This document shows positions 59,675 through 64,000 of a stretch of 64,000 nt of DNA, piece after piece. The translations under genes and the position numbers were made by a program. A model generated the notes under the pieces. That model was not told the origin of the DNA. It did no database searches and was given only the letters and a program-made list of their open reading frames with translations. The first letter of the stretch is position 1. The number at the start of each line of letters is the position of its first letter. This DNA comes from Halarcobacter sp. (GTDB lineage Bacteria; Campylobacterota; Campylobacteria; Campylobacterales; Arcobacteraceae): assembly GCA_963676565.1 (NCBI GenBank), contig OY781089.1, positions 448,001 through 512,000 of the forward strand. The letters are read 5' to 3'.

Positions 59675-61501
59675 TTATTTAAATGCTGGGAATGGTCCAA
59701 CTACACCAATCCAAGATTCAGTATCTGCTGCTGAATCTTTCTTATCTTTATCAGATTCACCAAATGGATGTTGAATAACTGTTGTCATATAAGCATTTCC
59801 ACCAATATTTGGATACCAAAATGGAGAAGTTGTTTCAGAACCATATGGAGAAGTTAAAATTCTTGTAATATCTTTAGTTTTAACATTATAAGCCCAAATA
59901 TAATCAATTTGATGTGCACCTGTATCTTCACCAATAATTAAGATATCAGAGTTATCAATAAATGTTAAGTTATCTGGTTCTGCAATCTTATCAATTGCAC
60001 ATTTATTTCCATCAAACTCACTACCTTTTGGATATGATTTCATCTCACCCATAACTTCACCAGACATTGAAGTGATTACCATCTTAGAATCAATCTCAAG
60101 ACCTTTTGAATCTTTTGCAACTCCAATAGGAAGTTTATAAACTCCACCACAACTATTTAATGGAAGTTTAATATCGTTGTTTCCACCAATATCATATTTA
60201 TCATTTTTCTTACCTTTTTTTGCAAAGTCTTCCATACCATATTGGATTCTTGACATTGCTAAATAAACATTTCCATTAGTCTTATCAAATGTTATACCCT
60301 CTTTTTTTCTAAACTCAGTAGTAGCACCTCTTAAGGCTGCAAATCTTCTTGATTCTAACCTTGAAGCAATAATTCCCATACCTGGTTTAACTTTTAAACA
60401 CTCGTGACCTGCTGTTGTGTTAATAGAACTAAATCCACTTGGACAAGTATCACCATTTGGTGTAGCCGAAGAGAATATATCTTCAAATGAAAGTCTTTTT
60501 TCAATAGCTTTTCTAATAGTTGCATCATCAGTTTTACCAAGATTTATCCAAGAAATATCAAACTCTCCACCATTTTTATCGCTATTTTGAGTAAGTTTGG
60601 CTGCATATAATCTACCAGAACTTAAATCTCTTGCTTCATCAGCAATAAACATAAATAAAGCTCCATTTGTACCATCATCACTTAAGTAAACAGTTTTTTC
60701 ATCAGGCATTACATAAGCTAACTCGTGTGCAAATCTACCCATAGAATAATGTTTTACATATTCAGTATTTCCAGTTGCACTTGTAATTGTAACCTCTGGT
60801 ATCCATCCCCAAAAATAAGGATTGAGTGCTGCTTTACCCTCTTTAAAATATAAATCAAAGTTTTGGTAATACTCATCTTTTTCAGCTTTATTAGCATTTG
60901 GTTCATACTCTTCAGACCCTAAATGTGAGCCCCAAGGAGTTTTCATACCAGCACAGTGAACCCATCCACCTTCGAATTTTGCTTGAGAAATATGACTAGT
61001 TGCAACAGCTTTTAATCCACCCTCTTCAGTTTTTTCTAATTTTGAGATATATATAGCTCCAGGTCCACACTCAAATTGAGTAATAGCAAAAAGGTTACCA
61101 TCTTTTTCGTGAAGTGTTGTATGATCTGGTCCTGAACCATCTTTACTAGTCTTACAAATAAATGGGCTTCCATCTTTATGGTTTATTGCTTCTCCCATTT
61201 CATTTTTAACTTGTCCAAAAATCTCCATTGTTTTACCATCTAAACTTGGAAGTTTTTGTCCAGTTCTTGCAATTGTATGCCATCCAATTTTGTGAACTTC
61301 TCCATTAATAACAACTTCACTTGATGTCATAATCTTTTTCTTTTCGGCATCCAGTATAGGAGCTGCAACTGGTTTGAAATAAATTTCATTATGTCCATTT
61401 TTATTTACAGAAGCCAATTCTGGCTGGCTACAGGCTGTAAAAGTTAAAGCAATAGCAGAACTTGCAAGTAAACTTTTAATAAGTGCATATTTATGGTTCA
61501 T
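59675..61501 (-). CDS. phoX: PhoX (DUF839) family alkaline phosphatase, lipoprotein
   Basis: Lipobox FTAC; CAGMKTPWGSHLGSEE, MGRFAHE, VYLSDD, EGITFD, EPDNL, IGED, IQHP. Confidence 0.85.
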   Translation of the reverse strand: MNHKYALIKSLLASSAIALTFTACSQPELASVNKNGHNEIYFKPVAAPILDAEKKKIMTSSEVVINGEVHKIGWHTIARTGQKLPSLDGKTMEIFGQVKNEMGEAINHKDGSPFICKTSKDGSGPDHTTLHEKDGNLFAITQFECGPGAIYISKLEKTEEGGLKAVATSHISQAKFEGGWVHCAGMKTPWGSHLGSEEYEPNANKAEKDEYYQNFDLYFKEGKAALNPYFWGWIPEVTITSATGNTEYVKHYSMGRFAHELAYVMPDEKTVYLSDDGTNGALFMFIADEARDLSSGRLYAAKLTQNSDKNGGEFDISWINLGKTDDATIRKAIEKRLSFEDIFSSATPNGDTCPSGFSSINTTAGHECLKVKPGMGIIASRLESRRFAALRGATTEFRKKEGITFDKTNGNVYLAMSRIQYGMEDFAKKGKKNDKYDIGGNNDIKLPLNSCGGVYKLPIGVAKDSKGLEIDSKMVITSMSGEVMGEMKSYPKGSEFDGNKCAIDKIAEPDNLTFIDNSDILIIGEDTGAHQIDYIWAYNVKTKDITRILTSPYGSETTSPFWYPNIGGNAYMTTVIQHPFGESDKDKKDSAADTESWIGVVGPFPAFK

Positions 61502-61617
61502 TGTTTTCCTTTATTAATAAATTTACTGAAATATTACTTTTTGTGGGTTACTTCTAGATTACAGCCTTTAAACTATTTTCTATTATTTAATTTTTATTAA
61601 TCTTGCTTTGATAAGAT

Positions 61618-62736
61618 TTGCCTATGGGATTTTATATATTTATAACAACATTTATTAGTGTCATGACGATACTTACCTTACTTATTTCACGAAGATTAGT
61701 TAGAAAACTTCATTTTTCAAAAAAAGTAAAGTTCTTAATAAATATTTTTTTAGTAGTAAACCTTTTAGGTGTCATAGGATATATATTTGCAAGATACAAT
61801 CCAACAATACCAAACTGGGCATATTTTTTACTATCAATTCCAATTGGAATAATCTTTTTATTATTTGTCGCAACAATTTTTTATGAAATTTTTTCAAGGC
61901 TTATAAAAGTAATTCCAGTAAATGAAAATAGAAGGGACTTTTTCAAAAAAACTTTAGATATAGGTGCATTAAGTGTTGCTACAAGTGTAAATGCAAAGGC
62001 GATGCAAAATGCAAAAACAGTAGAGATTGAAAAAGTTGATGTAAAAATAAAAGGTTTAGGGAAACCATACAAAATAGTACAATTAAGTGATATTCATATT
62101 GGTGGCTTAATAGATAAATATTTCATTGCTAATTTAGTTAAAAGAGTTAATCAATTAGACGCAGATATTGTTGTAATCACTGGAGACTTAGTTGATACAA
62201 GTTTAGATTTTGCAAAAGATGCTTTAGATGAACTTAAAAATTTAAAATCAAAATATGGAAACTATTTTATAGTTGGTAACCATGAATATTTTCATAATGT
62301 AACAAATATCATTAAGTACGTAAACACCTTAAATATAAAAACCTTAGAAAATGAAAATGTATATATAGGAAAAGAGGATGAAGGTTTTAATTTAGCAGGG
62401 GTTTATGACTTAATAGGTTCAAGAATAAATGCCTATGCCCCTGATTTAAATAAGGCTCTTGATGGAAGGATGGCAAATAATCCAACAATTTTACTTGCAC
62501 ACCAACCAAAATTTATAGAAGAAGTAAAAAATGTAGATTTAGTTTTAAGTGGCCATACCCATGGTGGACAGATTTTTCCATTTAATTATCTTGTAAAACT
62601 TCAACAGCCATATGTAAAAGGTTTACATCAACACAATGAAAATACTCAAATTTATGTAAACAAAGGAACAGGATTTTGGGGTCCTCCCATGAGACTTGGA
62701 GCTAGTTCTGAAATAACTTTATTAAATCTAAGCTAA
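61618..62736 (+). CDS. Membrane-anchored metallophosphoesterase (YkuE-like)
   Basis: SDIH, TGDLVD, GNHE, LAHQP, SGHTHGGQ; N-terminal TM helices. Confidence 0.9.
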   Translation: MPMGFYIFITTFISVMTILTLLISRRLVRKLHFSKKVKFLINIFLVVNLLGVIGYIFARYNPTIPNWAYFLLSIPIGIIFLLFVATIFYEIFSRLIKVIPVNENRRDFFKKTLDIGALSVATSVNAKAMQNAKTVEIEKVDVKIKGLGKPYKIVQLSDIHIGGLIDKYFIANLVKRVNQLDADIVVITGDLVDTSLDFAKDALDELKNLKSKYGNYFIVGNHEYFHNVTNIIKYVNTLNIKTLENENVYIGKEDEGFNLAGVYDLIGSRINAYAPDLNKALDGRMANNPTILLAHQPKFIEEVKNVDLVLSGHTHGGQIFPFNYLVKLQQPYVKGLHQHNENTQIYVNKGTGFWGPPMRLGASSEITLLNLS

Positions 62737-62759
62737 TCTGGATGTAATTTATTAAATAC

Positions 62760-62910
62760 AGTGGAAAGAGGTAGCTGGAATAATGTTTTATAGTGGTATA
62801 TAATTAGGGCTAAATAGTATGAATAAGAAAATCTAAAACATGTACAAATTTTTAAAATAAAATCTTATAAATTAAATTTATCAATGGAGAAAACACTACC
62901 TCTTTCCACT
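62760..62910. repeat. 151-bp element bounded by a perfect 15-bp inverted repeat
   Basis: agtggaaagaggtag (62760-74) and ctacctctttccact (62896-910). Confidence 0.6.
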
Positions 62911-62939
62911 ATCTTTTAAGGGAAGCTAAAAGCTTCTCC

Positions 62940-63353
62940 TTATTGAATACTAATAACCTTTTTACTTCTACTTTCATCTAGTTTTGGAATAACTAATTCC
63001 AATACACCATCAACTGATTTTGCTTCTATATTTTCTACATCAGCATTATCTGGAAGGGTAAAACTTCTTGAAAACTTACCAAATGAAGTTTCAACTTTAT
63101 AATAATCTTCTTCTTTGACTTCTTCTTTTGTTTTTCTTTCACCAGAAATTGTTAAAACATTTTTTTCTAAATCTACTTTAATATCATCTTTTTTAACACC
63201 TGGTAAATCAACATCAATATGAAAAGATGAATCCTCTTCTCTAGTATTAACTACAGGAATAAATCCACTTACTCCTTCATTTGAAGGATAATTATAAAAA
63301 CTTTTTTCTAATTCCCTCATTTGTCTAAAAGGGTCAAATCTTGTTAATAACAT
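62940..63353 (-). CDS. Hsp20/alpha-crystallin small heat-shock protein
   Basis: DLPGVKKDDI, LTISGER, FGKFSRSFTLP, DGVLELVIPK. Confidence 0.95.
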   Translation of the reverse strand: MLLTRFDPFRQMRELEKSFYNYPSNEGVSGFIPVVNTREEDSSFHIDVDLPGVKKDDIKVDLEKNVLTISGERKTKEEVKEEDYYKVETSFGKFSRSFTLPDNADVENIEAKSVDGVLELVIPKLDESRSKKVISIQ

Positions 63354-63377
63354 ATCAAACTCCTTTAAATGAATTTT

Positions 63378-63398
63378 CTTGATATCTTTCTTATCAAG
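63378..63398. promoter_or_regulatory. HAIR-like (HspR) operator
   Basis: CTTGATA-N7-TATCAAG versus consensus CTTGAGT-N7-ACTCAAG. Confidence 0.6.
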
Positions 63399-63421
63399 TT
63401 ATTGGAATATTAACATATTTT

Positions 63422-63448
63422 TTAGCACTTGTCAAGTTTAATTGCTAA
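63422..63448. promoter_or_regulatory. CIRCE-like (HrcA) operator overlapping the TTGACA -35 of hsp20
   Basis: TTAGCACTT-N9-AATTGCTAA; minus-strand TTGACA at 63435..63430. Confidence 0.7.
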
Positions 63449-63520
63449 ATTTTAAAAATAAAATATTTTCAATGTTTATATTTAGCCTATATTCTGGTAG
63501 TTTATATTGATTTAGTTTTT

Positions 63521-63547
63521 TTAGCGTTTAAGATATTTTAGTGCTAA
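63521..63547. promoter_or_regulatory. Second CIRCE-like operator
   Basis: TTAGCGTTT-N9-TAGTGCTAA. Confidence 0.55.
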
Positions 63548-63565
63548 TTTTTAAAGTTTTTGTAT

Positions 63566-64000
63566 TTAAAGTGGTATATTTATTGTGAAATTCACACCAC
63601 TTCCCAACTCACTTTGGCAATCTATTGAGCCTTTTAAATTAGTTGTAACAAGATTATATATTATGTTCATCCCTAAACCAGAAGACCCTTCTTGTTTATT
63701 AGTAGTAAAAAATGGCTCATAAATTTTTAAAAGATTCTCTTTAGGAATTCCTTCTCCATTATCTGAATATTTAAAATTAAGCTGATTTTCCACTTTTTCT
63801 ATTGTAAAACTAATTTTTCCATTATTTGAATTTTTAAAACCATGAGTAATGGAGTTAACAACTAAATTAGTGATAATTTGTGCAAAAAATCCTGGATAAG
63901 AGACTATTTCTAACTCTTCTTCACAATTAATCTTAATATCAATTTTTTTATTTTGCATTAAAGAATCAATACTTATTAGAATCCCTTCTATATAAGCTTT
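63566..64000 (-). CDS. Sensor histidine kinase, C-terminal HATPase domain (5' part outside window)
   Basis: N box QIITNLVVNSITHG, G1 SDNGEGI, F box FFTT, G2 SGLGM. Confidence 0.88.
   Translation of the reverse strand, partial: KAYIEGILISIDSLMQNKKIDIKINCEEELEIVSYPGFFAQIITNLVVNSITHGFKNSNNGKISFTIEKVENQLNFKYSDNGEGIPKENLLKIYEPFFTTNKQEGSSGLGMNIIYNLVTTNLKGSIDCQSELGSGVNFTINIPL

Overview
AT-rich chromosomal window from a Campylobacterota bacterium, most consistent with Arcobacteraceae (judged from 16S/23S sequence style, a 16S-tRNA-Ile-tRNA-Ala-23S-5S operon, and secG-frr-pyrE-RDD synteny). In order it holds: the end of a soxCDYZ-DUF302-soxW sulfur-oxidation cluster; two peptidoglycan peptidase genes, moaC and rpsU; two tandem, apparently identical minus-strand rRNA operons (5888-bp direct repeat, 309-bp unique spacer); housekeeping and accessory genes (traT, ung, lemA-TPM-TPM, two MarR genes, a frameshifted GntR, a DUF2971 gene bracketed by hairpin elements, and a AAA+/vWA pair behind a sigma54-like promoter); a metY-rrf2-cysK-DUF2061-cysHDN-sulfite reductase operon; phoX with a di-heme c-type partner; and hsp20 with CIRCE- and HAIR-like operators. 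I saw no CRISPR array, transposase or prophage. The best leads are: (1) both small genes flanking cysK end in a CysK-docking-type Tyr-X-Ile tail, pointing to DUF2061 as a possible unrecognised CysK partner; (2) an unannotated sRNA-like element with an anti-Shine-Dalgarno loop near 39.8 kb; (3) the hairpin-bounded DUF2971 cassette beside a mini-WYL gene; (4) the phoX/di-heme protein pair. All family calls come from motif recognition by eye, not database searches.
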